Assembly (NCBI GenBank): GCA_965223415.1
Contig: OZ245002.1
Coordinates: forward strand, 3,360,001-3,424,000
Length of the DNA stretch: 64,000 nucleotides
Source: Myxococcota bacterium
GTDB taxonomy: Bacteria; Myxococcota_A; UBA9160; UBA6930
Direction of reading: 5' to 3'
Shown: one piece after another, positions 33,416-43,302 of the stretch
Layout of the letters: each line of letters starts with the position of its first letter
Position numbering within the stretch: position 1 is the stretch's first letter
Notes under the pieces: model-generated
The model's database searches: none
The model's input: the letters and a program-made list of their open reading frames with translations, nothing else
Told to the model about the DNA's origin: nothing
Translations under genes and position numbers: made by a program

Positions 33416-34435
33416 TCACGCGGCCCTCAGGAAGCGGCGCGCGAGCTCGACCAGTGCGTCGGCGTCGTCGAGCTGCATGGCCCGGGCGCGGAAGTGGCGC
33501 CCGCCCGGCAGCCCCCTCGAGTAGGCGCCCGCATAGCGGCGCAGCTCGCGGGCTCGCTCGGCGTCGCTGCGCGCCACGCGGGCGACGAGCTCCACGTGTC
33601 GCTCGAGGGCCAGCAGCCGTTCGGCGGCGCTCGGGGCGCCGGCCGCGTCGCCGTCGGCGAGGCGGAGCGCGCCCTCGAAGAGCCACGGGTTGCCGACCGC
33701 GCCGCGCCCGATCATCACGCCGGCGGCCCCCGTTTGGTCGGCCATCGCCCGGACGTCCGCAGGCTTCGTGACGTCGCCGTTCGCCAGTACCGGCACCTCG
33801 GGGACGGCGCGGACGACCGCACGGATCAGCGCGCGGTCCGCCCGGCCGCGATATCGCTGGGCGCGGCTCCGCCCGTGGATGCTGATCAGCTCGGCACCGG
33901 CGTCCACGGCCACCCGGGCCATCTCCGGCGCGTTCAGCGAGCGGGCATCCCAGCCGCTGCGCATCTTCACACTGAGTACGCCGCCGAACTGCCGGCGCAT
34001 GGCCGCGACGATCCGGCCGACGCGGCACGGATCCCGCAGCAGGGCGGCCCCGGCTCCCTTGCGGATGAACTTCGGCACCGGGCAGCCCAGGTTGAGATCG
34101 ACCCAGGCCACACCCCGATCCGCGAGCCGCTCGCAGGCGAGCGCCAGCGGGGCGGGCTCGCCGCCGAAGAGCTGCACGGCCAGGAACTCCTCACCCAGCG
34201 CGGAACCCGTGTGGAGATGGCGGCGCTCGGCGCCGCGCAGAAGGGCGGTGGCGGAGAGGGTCTCGGAGAACACGAGGCCCGCGCCCGCCGCTCGGGCGAT
34301 GAGCCGCGCCGGCAGGGTCGACACCCCCGACATCGGCGCGAAGGCCAGCCGGTTCGGCAGGACCACCCCGCCCACCCGGAGGCTCCGGGCCCAGGCGGGA
34401 GCGGTGGGACGCTTGGGGGAGCTGCCGTCCGGCAA
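33416..34435 (-). CDS. dusB: tRNA-dihydrouridine synthase (DusB/NifR3)
   Basis: APMSG, DLNLGCPVPK, HGRS, ANGDV and MIGRGAVGNPW motifs. Confidence 0.9.
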   Translation of the reverse strand: MPDGSSPKRPTAPAWARSLRVGGVVLPNRLAFAPMSGVSTLPARLIARAAGAGLVFSETLSATALLRGAERRHLHTGSALGEEFLAVQLFGGEPAPLALACERLADRGVAWVDLNLGCPVPKFIRKGAGAALLRDPCRVGRIVAAMRRQFGGVLSVKMRSGWDARSLNAPEMARVAVDAGAELISIHGRSRAQRYRGRADRALIRAVVRAVPEVPVLANGDVTKPADVRAMADQTGAAGVMIGRGAVGNPWLFEGALRLADGDAAGAPSAAERLLALERHVELVARVARSDAERARELRRYAGAYSRGLPGGRHFRARAMQLDDADALVELARRFLRAA

Positions 34436-34548
34436 GCGGGGGACCTCGGCGCTGCCTAGAAAGTAGGCACGCTAGCGGCGGGCACCGGCGGCGTCGAGCC
34501 AGGCCCGGGGAAGCGAAAAAGCGGAGCGGAAACGGTAAGGTCGCGGGG

Positions 34549-35802
34549 ATGGAGACGGGGATCTCGGTCGAGGAGGCGCGCCGCCGGGTGCTCGAGGCGG
34601 CCGTTCCCCTGCCCGCCGAGATCGTGCCGGCGGGGGACGCCCTGGGTCGCGTCCTGGCCGAGAGCGTCCGCTCCGGTCGCACCCTCCCCCCCGCCGACGT
34701 CTCCGCCATGGACGGCTACGCCGTGCGGGCGGAGGACCTGGCCGACGCCTCCCCCAGCGCTCCCCGAGCGCTGGCGGTGGTCTTCGAGGTGGCGGCGGGA
34801 GGCCAGGGCGAGCGGCCGCTCGCGGCCGGGGAGGCGGCGCGGATCTTCACCGGCGCGCCGGTTCCGACCGGCGCCGACACCGTCGTGCGTCAGGAGGACG
34901 CGGAGGCGGTGGGCGGGAGCGTCCGCATCGGCATCGCGCCACCGCCCGGCGACCACGTGCGCTCGGCCGGGGAGGACGTGATGCTGGGCGACGCCGTGCT
35001 CGCGCCCGGTGCGCGCATCGGCCCTGCGGAGGTCGGCATGCTGGCCTCCCTCGGGCGCACCCTCGTGCACGTCCACCGCCGGCCGCGGGTCGCCATCGCC
35101 TCGGGCGGCGACGAGCTGGTGGAGCCCGACGCCGATCCCGCCGGCGGGCGCATCGTCGCGAGCAATGCCTACTCCCTGGCGGCCCAGTGCGCGGAGGCTG
35201 GCGCCCTCGCCGTGAACCTCGGCATCGCCCGGGACACGCCGGAAGACCTGGCACGGGTGTTCCGGGCGGGGCTCGGCGCCGACCTGCTGGTGAGCTCCGC
35301 GGGCGTGTCCGTCGGCGATCATGACCACGTACGGCCGGTGCTCGAGCAGCTCGGCTGTCGGCTGCGCTTCTGGGGCGTCCGCATGAAGCCCGGCTATCCC
35401 CTGGCCTTCGGCCGGATCGGCGATGACGGGCCCTGGGTCTTCGGCCTGCCCGGGAACCCGGTCTCGGCGATGGTTACCTTCGAGCAGTTCGTGCGTCCGG
35501 TGCTGCTGCGTATGGGAGGGCACGAGGCGTGCTTCCGGCCGGTAGTGACGGCGACGCTCTCCGAGCCTCTCTCGAAGAAGGCCGGGCGCCTGCACTTCGT
35601 CCGCGTTCACCTGAAGCGCGACGGCGACCGCATCCTCGCCAGCAGCACCGGCAACCAGAGCTCCGGCGTTCTGCGCTCGATGACCCTGGCCCAGGGACTC
35701 CTGGTCTTCCCCGCCGAGGCCACCGAGCTCGCCGCCGGCGAGGAGGTGCCGGTGCAGGTGCTCGACGAGCGCTTCTTCCGCACGAGGGAGCCGCCGGCTT
35801 GA
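34549..35802 (+). CDS. moeA: Molybdopterin molybdotransferase
   Basis: SAMDGYAV, IFTGAPVP, GVSVGDHD, MKPG and GLPGNPVS motifs. Confidence 0.94.
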   Translation: METGISVEEARRRVLEAAVPLPAEIVPAGDALGRVLAESVRSGRTLPPADVSAMDGYAVRAEDLADASPSAPRALAVVFEVAAGGQGERPLAAGEAARIFTGAPVPTGADTVVRQEDAEAVGGSVRIGIAPPPGDHVRSAGEDVMLGDAVLAPGARIGPAEVGMLASLGRTLVHVHRRPRVAIASGGDELVEPDADPAGGRIVASNAYSLAAQCAEAGALAVNLGIARDTPEDLARVFRAGLGADLLVSSAGVSVGDHDHVRPVLEQLGCRLRFWGVRMKPGYPLAFGRIGDDGPWVFGLPGNPVSAMVTFEQFVRPVLLRMGGHEACFRPVVTATLSEPLSKKAGRLHFVRVHLKRDGDRILASSTGNQSSGVLRSMTLAQGLLVFPAEATELAAGEEVPVQVLDERFFRTREPPA

Positions 35803-36434
35803 GCGACCCCCTCGCGGATCCCATCGCCGTCGGTGCGGATCGCTTCGCCGACGTGACCGGCGCCGTCTTGCTGGGCGGCGCTTCGTCTCGCATGGGCGAA
35901 GACAAGGCACGCGTCGCTCTGGGCGGTGTGGCCGCCGCTACGCGCGTCGCTCGCCTGCTCGCCGGGCTCTGCGGCGAAGTACTGCTGGTCGGCGGCGACC
36001 CGCCGGCGGACGCGCCGGGGCGGCCGGTGCCGGATCCCGAGGGGCCTCCGTCGGCTCTCCGCGGGCTCGTCGGCGCCCTCGCGGCGGCGCGCACGGAGAA
36101 GGTGCTCGTGCTCGCGACGGACTACATGGCCGTCACCGGCGATCTCCTGCTCGGGCTGCTCGCCTATCCGGAAGCCGACGCGGTGGTGCCCCGCGGCACC
36201 GAGCATCCGCATCCGCTGTGCGCCCTCTACCGGAGGGGTCCGGCGCTGGCTGCCGCCCAGGCGGCCCTCGCCGGAGGCACCCTCGCGCTCCGGCCCGTGC
36301 TCGATCGGCTCTCGCCCTGTTGGCTCGAGGGGGCGGACCTCGAGCGGCTCGATCCGTCGGGCACGGCGCTCGCGAACGTGAACACGCCGACCGAGCTCGC
36401 GGCGCTGCGCGCTGCTCTCGAGGCCGGTCCATGA
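35799..36434 (+). CDS. mobA: Molybdenum cofactor guanylyltransferase
   Basis: LLGGASSRMGEDKA, HPLCALY and NVNTP motifs; TTG start overlaps the moeA stop. Confidence 0.88.
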   Translation: MSDPLADPIAVGADRFADVTGAVLLGGASSRMGEDKARVALGGVAAATRVARLLAGLCGEVLLVGGDPPADAPGRPVPDPEGPPSALRGLVGALAAARTEKVLVLATDYMAVTGDLLLGLLAYPEADAVVPRGTEHPHPLCALYRRGPALAAAQAALAGGTLALRPVLDRLSPCWLEGADLERLDPSGTALANVNTPTELAALRAALEAGP

Positions 36435-36811
36435 GCGAGCCCTCTCCCCTGGTCCGTCGGGCACGCAGCTTCCGCTACGCCTTCAAGGGAGTGGCCCAGC
36501 TCTTCGCGACCCAGGCCAACGCGAAGATCCACGCGGCGGTTGCGGTCGCGGTGCTCGTGCTGGCGGGCTTCCTCGGTCTCCCCGCCCGCGATTGGGCGCT
36601 GCTCGCGCTCGCGATCGGCGCCGTGCTCACCGCCGAGGCGCTGAACACCGCCCTGGAGGCCCTGGCGGATCGGGTGGCGCCGGATCACCACCCCCTCGTC
36701 GCGCGCTGCAAGGACGTGGCGGCCGCCGCGGTGCTGCTCGCCGCCGGCTCCGCCGCGATCGTGGGCCTGCTCCTGCTGGGGCCACCGCTCCTGGCGCGGA
36801 TCGTCGGTTGA
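36431..36811 (+). CDS. dgkA: Diacylglycerol/undecaprenol kinase family protein
   Basis: SFRYAFKG, EALNTALE and KDVAAAAVL motifs. Confidence 0.88.
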   Translation: MSEPSPLVRRARSFRYAFKGVAQLFATQANAKIHAAVAVAVLVLAGFLGLPARDWALLALAIGAVLTAEALNTALEALADRVAPDHHPLVARCKDVAAAAVLLAAGSAAIVGLLLLGPPLLARIVG

Positions 36812-39399
36812 TGCGCGCGATCCTGGCGAGTCACACCCACTGGGACCGGGAGTGGTACCGCACCTTCCAGGGCTTCCGCGCGCGGCTGGTGGATACGGTC
36901 GACCGGGTGCTCGACCTCTGCGCCGCCGATCCCGCGTTCCGCTTCGTGCTCGACGGCCAGTCGGTGGCCCTCGAGGACTACGCGGAGATCCGCCCCGACC
37001 GGGTGGAAGAGCTGCGCCGGCGCTGCGTCGAGGGACGCCTCGCGATCGGTCCCTGGTACGTGCAGCCGGACTCGCTGCTTCCCGCTGGCGAGGCCCACCT
37101 GCGCAACCTCCTGGAAGGACGGCGTGCGGCGGCCCGCTTCGGCCCGGTCTCGGAGGTGGCCTACACGCCGGACTCCTTCGGCCATCCCGCCCAGTTCCCC
37201 CAGCTCTTCGCCCGCTTCGGCCTGCGCGCCTTCGTCTACTGGCGCGGTCACGGCGACGAGTGGGGTCGGCTGCCCGCCGAGTACGACTGGGTGGGGCCCG
37301 ACGGAACGGCGATCCTCGCCTGCCACCTGGGGCGCGGGTACTTCTCCGCCGCCAGCGACGTGGGGAGCGAGCTCACGGAGATCGTGCCGCCCCTGGCGGA
37401 GACCGCCAAGGCCCTGGCCGCGCGCACGCAGAGCGGGGTGATCCTGCTGATGAACGGCATCGACCACCAGCCGCCCGACCCGCGGGTGGCCGAGCTGGCG
37501 CGGGAGCTCGCCGCCGCTACCGGGCTCGAGGTGAAGCGAGGTCTGATCGACGAGTTCGTCATGGAGGTGGAGGAGTCCGGTGCCGCGCGGCCGCGCTTCG
37601 AAGGCGAGCTGGTGGGAGCGCGGGTGGCGCCGCTCCTGCCCGGCGTGTGGTCGACCCGAAGCTGGATCAAGCTGGCAAACCGCGCGGCGGAGACGGCGCT
37701 CCTGGGCTGGGCCGAGCCCTTCGCGGCCCTCGGCGCAGGGCTCGGGCTGCCCGACGAGCGCCCCGCCCTGCGCCTGGCCTGGCGCTCGCTGCTGGTGAAC
37801 CAGGCCCACGACTCGATCTGCGGCTGCTCCCGGGACGAGGTCCACGCGCAGATGGCCGGCCGCTTCGACACCGCCCGGGAGCTCGCCTTCGAGACGACGA
37901 CGCGCGTGCTCGAGCGCGTGGCCGGGCTCGATCCCGTGCGGCGCCCGCCCTGGGACGACGAGCTCGACCTGGCGGTCTTCAATCCGTCGCCGGTTCCGCG
38001 TACCGATCGGGTGCGCTTCGTCTTCGATCCCCACCCTTGGATGGTTCCGTCGCCGGACCCGGCGCGGATGATCCATCCCACCCGGCTGCGCGACCTGGGC
38101 GAGGCCAGCTACGCCGTGGACGGGGAGCCCGCCCGGTTCACGCCGGTGGACGAGCCCGGGGGCGTGGTTCTCCTGCCCGATCGGCGCGTGCACGCTCTGG
38201 AGTTCGTGGCCCGGGACGTGCCGGCGTTCGGGTGGAAGCGCGTCCGCGTGCGGCGCGCCGAGGCTCCCGCGCCGGAGGAGCGGGAGCCGGTGACGCCGGG
38301 CGCCTCCGGCGCGGCGATCGAGGCCGATGGCCTGCGCGTGGCCCTCGCCGAGGACGGCACCCTCGACGTGGTGATGGGGAGCCGCTCCTTCGCCGGGCTG
38401 GGAGAGCTCGTGAGCGAGGGCGACCGCGGCGACAGCTACGACTTCGATCCCCTCGACGGGAACGTGCGCGGCGGCGACGTGGTGCACGCCGAAAGGCGCG
38501 TCCATCCCTCCGGGCTGCAAGAGCTCGTGGTGGATCGGGTCCTGCGGGTTCCCGCGGGCCTCGCTCCGGATCGCGAGCGGCGCGCCGACGCCCTCGTCGA
38601 CCTGCCCGTGCGCACCCGCATCCGCGTCGCCGCCGGGGTGCCGCGGGTCGACCTCGATCTCCACGTCGAGAACACCGCCCGGGACCACCGGCTCCGGATC
38701 GGCTTCCCGGTCCCGGAGGCGGACGGCTGCCAGGCCGCGACCACCTTCGACGTGGTTCCGCGCGCCGCCGAGCCCGTTCCCGACGAGCAGTGGGTGCAGC
38801 GGGCGCCGCGCACCTTTCCCCACCAGGGCTTCGTCCACGCCGGCGGCCTCAGCGTGCTGGCGCCGGGCCTTCCCGAGGCCGAGTGGGACGGGCGCCGGAT
38901 CGCCATCACCTTGCTCCGGTCCGTCGGCTACCTCTCCCGCCACGATCTGCGGAGTCGTCCCGGGCCCGCCGGCCCGAGCACCCGCACGCCCGGCGCCCAG
39001 TGTCCGGGCCCCCTCGCGGCCCGTCTCTCGCTCTTCGCCGGCCTCGATCCGGCGGAAGCCCGGGCCGCCGAGCTGGGCCTGCACGCGGTTCCGGCTGGCC
39101 CGGAGCCGCTCGCCCCGGCGGGCGAAGCGCTGCTCGAGCTGGCGCCCTCGGCGCTCCTGGTCTCCGCGCTCAAGCCCGCCGAAGACGGCGAAGGCTGGAT
39201 CCTGCGCGTCCTCAACCCGACCGATGCACCCGAGGATCTGGAGCTCTGCCTCGGTCGCGCCCTGCGCGGTGCCGTCGACGCCGCCCAGCCCGTGCGGCTG
39301 GACGAGACCCCGAGCGGCCCCGCGCTGCCGCTCCGCGGAGGGACCCTCTCCACCCCCGTGGCGCCGCGTGCACTCGTGACCCTGCGCTTCCAGGGCTAG
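36811..39399 (+). CDS. Glycoside hydrolase family 38 (alpha-mannosidase/mannosylglycerate hydrolase-like)
   Basis: SHTHWDREWY, LDGQ, GPWYVQPD, PDSFGH and HDSICGCS motifs. Confidence 0.92.
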   Translation: MRAILASHTHWDREWYRTFQGFRARLVDTVDRVLDLCAADPAFRFVLDGQSVALEDYAEIRPDRVEELRRRCVEGRLAIGPWYVQPDSLLPAGEAHLRNLLEGRRAAARFGPVSEVAYTPDSFGHPAQFPQLFARFGLRAFVYWRGHGDEWGRLPAEYDWVGPDGTAILACHLGRGYFSAASDVGSELTEIVPPLAETAKALAARTQSGVILLMNGIDHQPPDPRVAELARELAAATGLEVKRGLIDEFVMEVEESGAARPRFEGELVGARVAPLLPGVWSTRSWIKLANRAAETALLGWAEPFAALGAGLGLPDERPALRLAWRSLLVNQAHDSICGCSRDEVHAQMAGRFDTARELAFETTTRVLERVAGLDPVRRPPWDDELDLAVFNPSPVPRTDRVRFVFDPHPWMVPSPDPARMIHPTRLRDLGEASYAVDGEPARFTPVDEPGGVVLLPDRRVHALEFVARDVPAFGWKRVRVRRAEAPAPEEREPVTPGASGAAIEADGLRVALAEDGTLDVVMGSRSFAGLGELVSEGDRGDSYDFDPLDGNVRGGDVVHAERRVHPSGLQELVVDRVLRVPAGLAPDRERRADALVDLPVRTRIRVAAGVPRVDLDLHVENTARDHRLRIGFPVPEADGCQAATTFDVVPRAAEPVPDEQWVQRAPRTFPHQGFVHAGGLSVLAPGLPEAEWDGRRIAITLLRSVGYLSRHDLRSRPGPAGPSTRTPGAQCPGPLAARLSLFAGLDPAEARAAELGLHAVPAGPEPLAPAGEALLELAPSALLVSALKPAEDGEGWILRVLNPTDAPEDLELCLGRALRGAVDAAQPVRLDETPSGPALPLRGGTLSTPVAPRALVTLRFQG

Positions 39400-39406
39400 A
39401 CGAGCG

Positions 39407-41560
39407 CTAGAACCGGAACGTCCAGGACACCTTCCCGATCAGGTTCGTGCGGGTGCTGCGCAGGTCGTAGTTCGCCGTGTCGAAGGCCTGGTTGTAGACG
39501 AAGACAAGCTCCTCGCCCGGGCGCAGGATCCAGCGCAGTCGGCTGTTCCAGCCCATGCTGTTCGAGAGGTTGTCGAACTGGAGGAAGGTCTCCCAGGAGA
39601 GGTCCGGCGTGAAGACCACGTTCGCCCGGACGCGGCCGAGGCGCGTCGTGAAGTTGCCCTCCGGGAGCCGGATCGAGTTCTGGATGTACTCCAGCGATGC
39701 GAAGAAGTGCTTCGACGCCCGCCACTCGAGGAGCGCCGTGCCGGTGCGGATGTGACCGGACCAGAAGGAGCCGGTCTCGAAGGAGAGCTGGGTCGCCAGG
39801 GTGCGGGAGGTGGCGGTGCCGAGCAGGAGCTTCGCCCGGGTGAAGTCGTAGCGGTCCTTGGGCAGGGCGATGCCCGGGAGGATCCGGAAGGGCTCCTCCA
39901 GCACCTCGGTGACGACGCGTCCCTCGAGCTGCAGGTAGTCGCCCGCGTGATTCTCGAGGCGAGCGGTCGGCAGGAAGAAGAGGCTCTCGAGATCGTTGCC
40001 CAGGTCCGTCGTCATCAGGCCGAAGACCTGGAGATCGGCCAGGCGCACGGAGCTCCCGGCCGGACGCCAGCGCCGGCGCAGGAACGCGGAACTCTGGCGG
40101 CTCGCCAGGCGGTTCGCGAAGCCCAGGGCCGGGTGGAAGTTCTCGCCGATCTGCTTGACGTCGAGGCTCCAGTTCCACAGATCGTTGGGATAGGCGAGGC
40201 GCACGTTCCAGGCGGTGTCGTCGCCGGTCGGCCCGGAGGTGGTGGTGTGCTGGAGCCAGCTGCGGAACTCGAGGATGCGGCTCCCGAAGAGCCGGCTCGT
40301 CCGCAGGTTCAAGTCGCCGCCGACGAGCGTGTTCGAGCCGTTCGTCGCCGGGTCGCCGTGGGTCGCGACCAGTCCGATGAAGCTCTCCTCCCCCACGTTC
40401 AGCTTCATGCGTCCCGCCGAGAGGTTCTTGCCGTCGACGCCGTCGTAGCCGGCCATGTGAACGTTCAAGGCGGCGAAGTTCACGGGGCCCGTGCGTCCGG
40501 TGACCTTGGCGCCGAGGCGGATCGGGATCACCTCTCCGTCGTCGGAGATGCCGATCCGTCGCGAGAAGAAGGGAATGCCGTTCGTCGCGGCGGAGCTGCC
40601 CACCGGGAAGTCGTAGATGCCCGCGTCCTGCAGGAAGAAGTCCCGGGTCTCCGGGAAGAAGAGGGCGAAGCGGGAGAGATTCACCTGGCGGGCGTCGACG
40701 GCCGCGTCCGAGAAGTCCGTGTTGGCAGTGAGGGCCGCGGTGACCGAGGGCGTGACCTTGTAGAAGAGGTCGACACTCGGGTCGACGTTGGCGTGGTGGC
40801 GATCGCCGACGCGGTCGCCCGTCCAGCCCAGCGCGCCCGAGGGCTTCAGGTCGAGGCCGATCCCCTGCTCGAGGCCGCGCAACCCGTGGAGATCGCCCGC
40901 CTCGGACACGTCGATCAGGAACTTGTTCTGCTTCGCTGACGCCCAGCGGTTCTCCTCGTTGTGCCGCCGCACGTTGCGCAACAGGTTGAAGCCCCAGGTC
41001 GTGCCGGTGGGGTCGAAGGAGAGGGTCTTGAAGGGGATCGCGAACTCGCAGGTCCATCCCTCGGCGTCCAGCCGGCTCTTGGCGTACCAGATGCCGTCCC
41101 ACTCGCCCTTGAAGGAGAGGTTGTTCTCGACGATGCCGTCGAGCCGCGCGCCGTTCGGGTTGGTCGAGAACAGGAAGGCATTGCGGTGGTCGTGGAAGGT
41201 GTCGAAGAGGATGCTGATGCGATCGTCGGGGGTGAGGCTCGCGTCCCGGCGCATGCCCCGGGCGATGATGCGGTCGGGCTCGCGGTCGTGGGCGCGGACG
41301 CCCACGTAGATGGCGTTCGCGTCGTAGGTGATGCGCACCTCCGTCCGCTCGCTCGGCGCGTCGCCCTCGACCGGGATCACCTGGGTGAGCGGGCTGAGAA
41401 GCGCGGCGTCGGCCCACGCCTCGTCGTCGAGCGCGCCGTCGATGGTGGGCGGCGCCGTGCCCTCGGGCAGCGGCCGCAGCTCGGCGGAGGGAGGCTCCGC
41501 CAGGGCCGCGGAGGATGCCCAGAGCAGGAGCAGAGCGAGCCAGAGCCCCGGACGGGTCAT
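39407..41560 (-). CDS. CBM9-like/DUF5916 outer-membrane protein
   Basis: Signal peptide, IDGALDDEAW, NTDFS and LFFPETRDFF motifs; C-terminal aromatic WTFRF. Confidence 0.85.
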   Translation of the reverse strand: MTRPGLWLALLLLWASSAALAEPPSAELRPLPEGTAPPTIDGALDDEAWADAALLSPLTQVIPVEGDAPSERTEVRITYDANAIYVGVRAHDREPDRIIARGMRRDASLTPDDRISILFDTFHDHRNAFLFSTNPNGARLDGIVENNLSFKGEWDGIWYAKSRLDAEGWTCEFAIPFKTLSFDPTGTTWGFNLLRNVRRHNEENRWASAKQNKFLIDVSEAGDLHGLRGLEQGIGLDLKPSGALGWTGDRVGDRHHANVDPSVDLFYKVTPSVTAALTANTDFSDAAVDARQVNLSRFALFFPETRDFFLQDAGIYDFPVGSSAATNGIPFFSRRIGISDDGEVIPIRLGAKVTGRTGPVNFAALNVHMAGYDGVDGKNLSAGRMKLNVGEESFIGLVATHGDPATNGSNTLVGGDLNLRTSRLFGSRILEFRSWLQHTTTSGPTGDDTAWNVRLAYPNDLWNWSLDVKQIGENFHPALGFANRLASRQSSAFLRRRWRPAGSSVRLADLQVFGLMTTDLGNDLESLFFLPTARLENHAGDYLQLEGRVVTEVLEEPFRILPGIALPKDRYDFTRAKLLLGTATSRTLATQLSFETGSFWSGHIRTGTALLEWRASKHFFASLEYIQNSIRLPEGNFTTRLGRVRANVVFTPDLSWETFLQFDNLSNSMGWNSRLRWILRPGEELVFVYNQAFDTANYDLRSTRTNLIGKVSWTFRF

Positions 41561-41585
41561 TCCTGCCTCGGGCCCGACCGGCCCG

Positions 41586-42761
41586 TCAGTCGAGGCGCTC
41601 GATGATCGTGCCCGTGCCGAGGCCGCCGCCGCAGCACATGGAGACGAGACCGTAACGCCCACCGCTTCGCTCCAACTCATGGAGGGCGGTGGTGATCAGG
41701 CGGTCGCCGGTGGCGCCGGTCGGGTGGCCGAGGGCGATGGCGCCACCGTTCGGGTTCACCCGCTCCAGGACGGGCTTGCACTCGAGCTGCCAGGCCAGCA
41801 CCACGCTCGCGAAGGCCTCGTTCACCTCGTAGGTGTCCATGTCCTCGATGCCGAGGCCTGTCTTCGCCAGCAGCTTCCGGGTCGCCGGGCTCGGGCCCTT
41901 CAGCATGGTGACCGGGTCGACGCCCACGATCGTGCTGTGGACGATGCGCGCCCGCGCCGTGAGGCCGAGGCGCGAGACCGCGTCCTCCGAGGCGAGCAGC
42001 ACCGCCGACGCGCCGTCGGTGATCTGGGAAGAGCTGCCCGCCGTGTGCACACCGTCCTCCATCACGGCCTTCAGCGCGGCGAGTTTCTCGAGGGAGGTCT
42101 CGCGCAAGCCCTCGTCGCGGGTGACGGTGACCGTCTCCTTCGTCGGCTGGCCGTCTTCGGCGAGGGTCGGTGCCTCCATTGGCACGACCTCCCGGTCGAA
42201 GCGCCCCTCGCTCCAGGCCCGTGCGGCGTTCTCCTGGCTGCGCAGGCCGAAAGCGTCGGTGTCCTCGCGGGTGATGCCGTACTCCTTGGCGATCATCTCC
42301 GCGCCCTGGAACTGGGACTTGAAGGCGTAGCGCTCGAAGTAGGAGCTCGGCACCGGGCGCCCCAGGTTCTTGTCGGAGAAGTTCGCGCCGAGGGGAATGC
42401 GGCTCATGCACTCCACGCCACAGGACAGCACGAGGTCCTCGAGGCCGGAACCGACGAGCCCCGCCGCCAGGGTGCTGGCCTGCTGGCTCGAGCCGCACTG
42501 GCTGTCGACGGTGGTGGAGGCGACCTCCAGGGGCAGCCCGGCCGAGAGCCAGGCCGTACGCGCCACGTTGAAGGACTGCTCGCCGACCTGGCTGACGCAG
42601 CCGCCGACCACCTGGCCCACTTCCGCCGGGTCGACACCGGCGCGGTCTACCGCCGCCTTCATCACGTTCCCGAGCAGGTCCGCCGGGTGGAGGGTGGAGA
42701 GACTGCCGCCCCGTCGTCCCAGGGGAGAGCGCGCGGCCTCGACGATGTAGACGTCACCCAT
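41586..42761 (-). CDS. Acetyl-CoA C-acyltransferase (thiolase, FadA5-like)
   Basis: QCGSSQQA, NEAFA, GGAIALGHP and CCGGGLG motifs. Confidence 0.93.
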   Translation of the reverse strand: MGDVYIVEAARSPLGRRGGSLSTLHPADLLGNVMKAAVDRAGVDPAEVGQVVGGCVSQVGEQSFNVARTAWLSAGLPLEVASTTVDSQCGSSQQASTLAAGLVGSGLEDLVLSCGVECMSRIPLGANFSDKNLGRPVPSSYFERYAFKSQFQGAEMIAKEYGITREDTDAFGLRSQENAARAWSEGRFDREVVPMEAPTLAEDGQPTKETVTVTRDEGLRETSLEKLAALKAVMEDGVHTAGSSSQITDGASAVLLASEDAVSRLGLTARARIVHSTIVGVDPVTMLKGPSPATRKLLAKTGLGIEDMDTYEVNEAFASVVLAWQLECKPVLERVNPNGGAIALGHPTGATGDRLITTALHELERSGGRYGLVSMCCGGGLGTGTIIERLD

Positions 42762-42763
42762 GT

Positions 42764-43243
42764 CTAGCGATGCTCCATCTTCACTTCTTCGGTGGCTTCG
42801 GTCTTCCCGCCAGCCTTGACCCAGGCCTTGAAGACGCGTCCCGCGTCCCGGGCCGGGTTGTAGATGTCCTCCTCGGATGCCCACAGGCCGTTGCCGCCGT
42901 AGACCAGCCGCGTCCAGTTCGGGAACGCGAAGGGCGCGCCGTTCTCCTGGAAGGGCTCCGGGAAGGAATTCTGGCAGCAGAAGACGATCGCGCCGCGCTC
43001 TTCGTCGAGGACCCACCAATCCTGGGGGAAGGTCATCGTCGGGTACGGCGCCATCACGCCCTGGATCCACTTCTCGATGGCGTCGCGTCCCTGGAACTCG
43101 CCGTAGGCGTGCTCGATGTAGTGGGCGTCCTCGGTGAAGACCGCCGCCCAGACGCTCCAGTCGCCGGTGCGGGAGGCGGTGTCGCGCGCCTGCTTGTAGC
43201 GGTCGAAGGCTTCGAGGATCTCTTCGCGGGAGTACTGACCCAT
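42764..43243 (-). CDS. NTF2/SnoaL-like protein
   Basis: FTEDAHYIEH...GRDAI...EEDIYNP pattern. Confidence 0.85.
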   Translation of the reverse strand: MGQYSREEILEAFDRYKQARDTASRTGDWSVWAAVFTEDAHYIEHAYGEFQGRDAIEKWIQGVMAPYPTMTFPQDWWVLDEERGAIVFCCQNSFPEPFQENGAPFAFPNWTRLVYGGNGLWASEEDIYNPARDAGRVFKAWVKAGGKTEATEEVKMEHR

Positions 43244-43302
43244 GACGGACTCCGAGGTTTCGGGACCGCGGAGCGTAGGCCAACCGGGCTAGGCTCCGCA
43301 CC

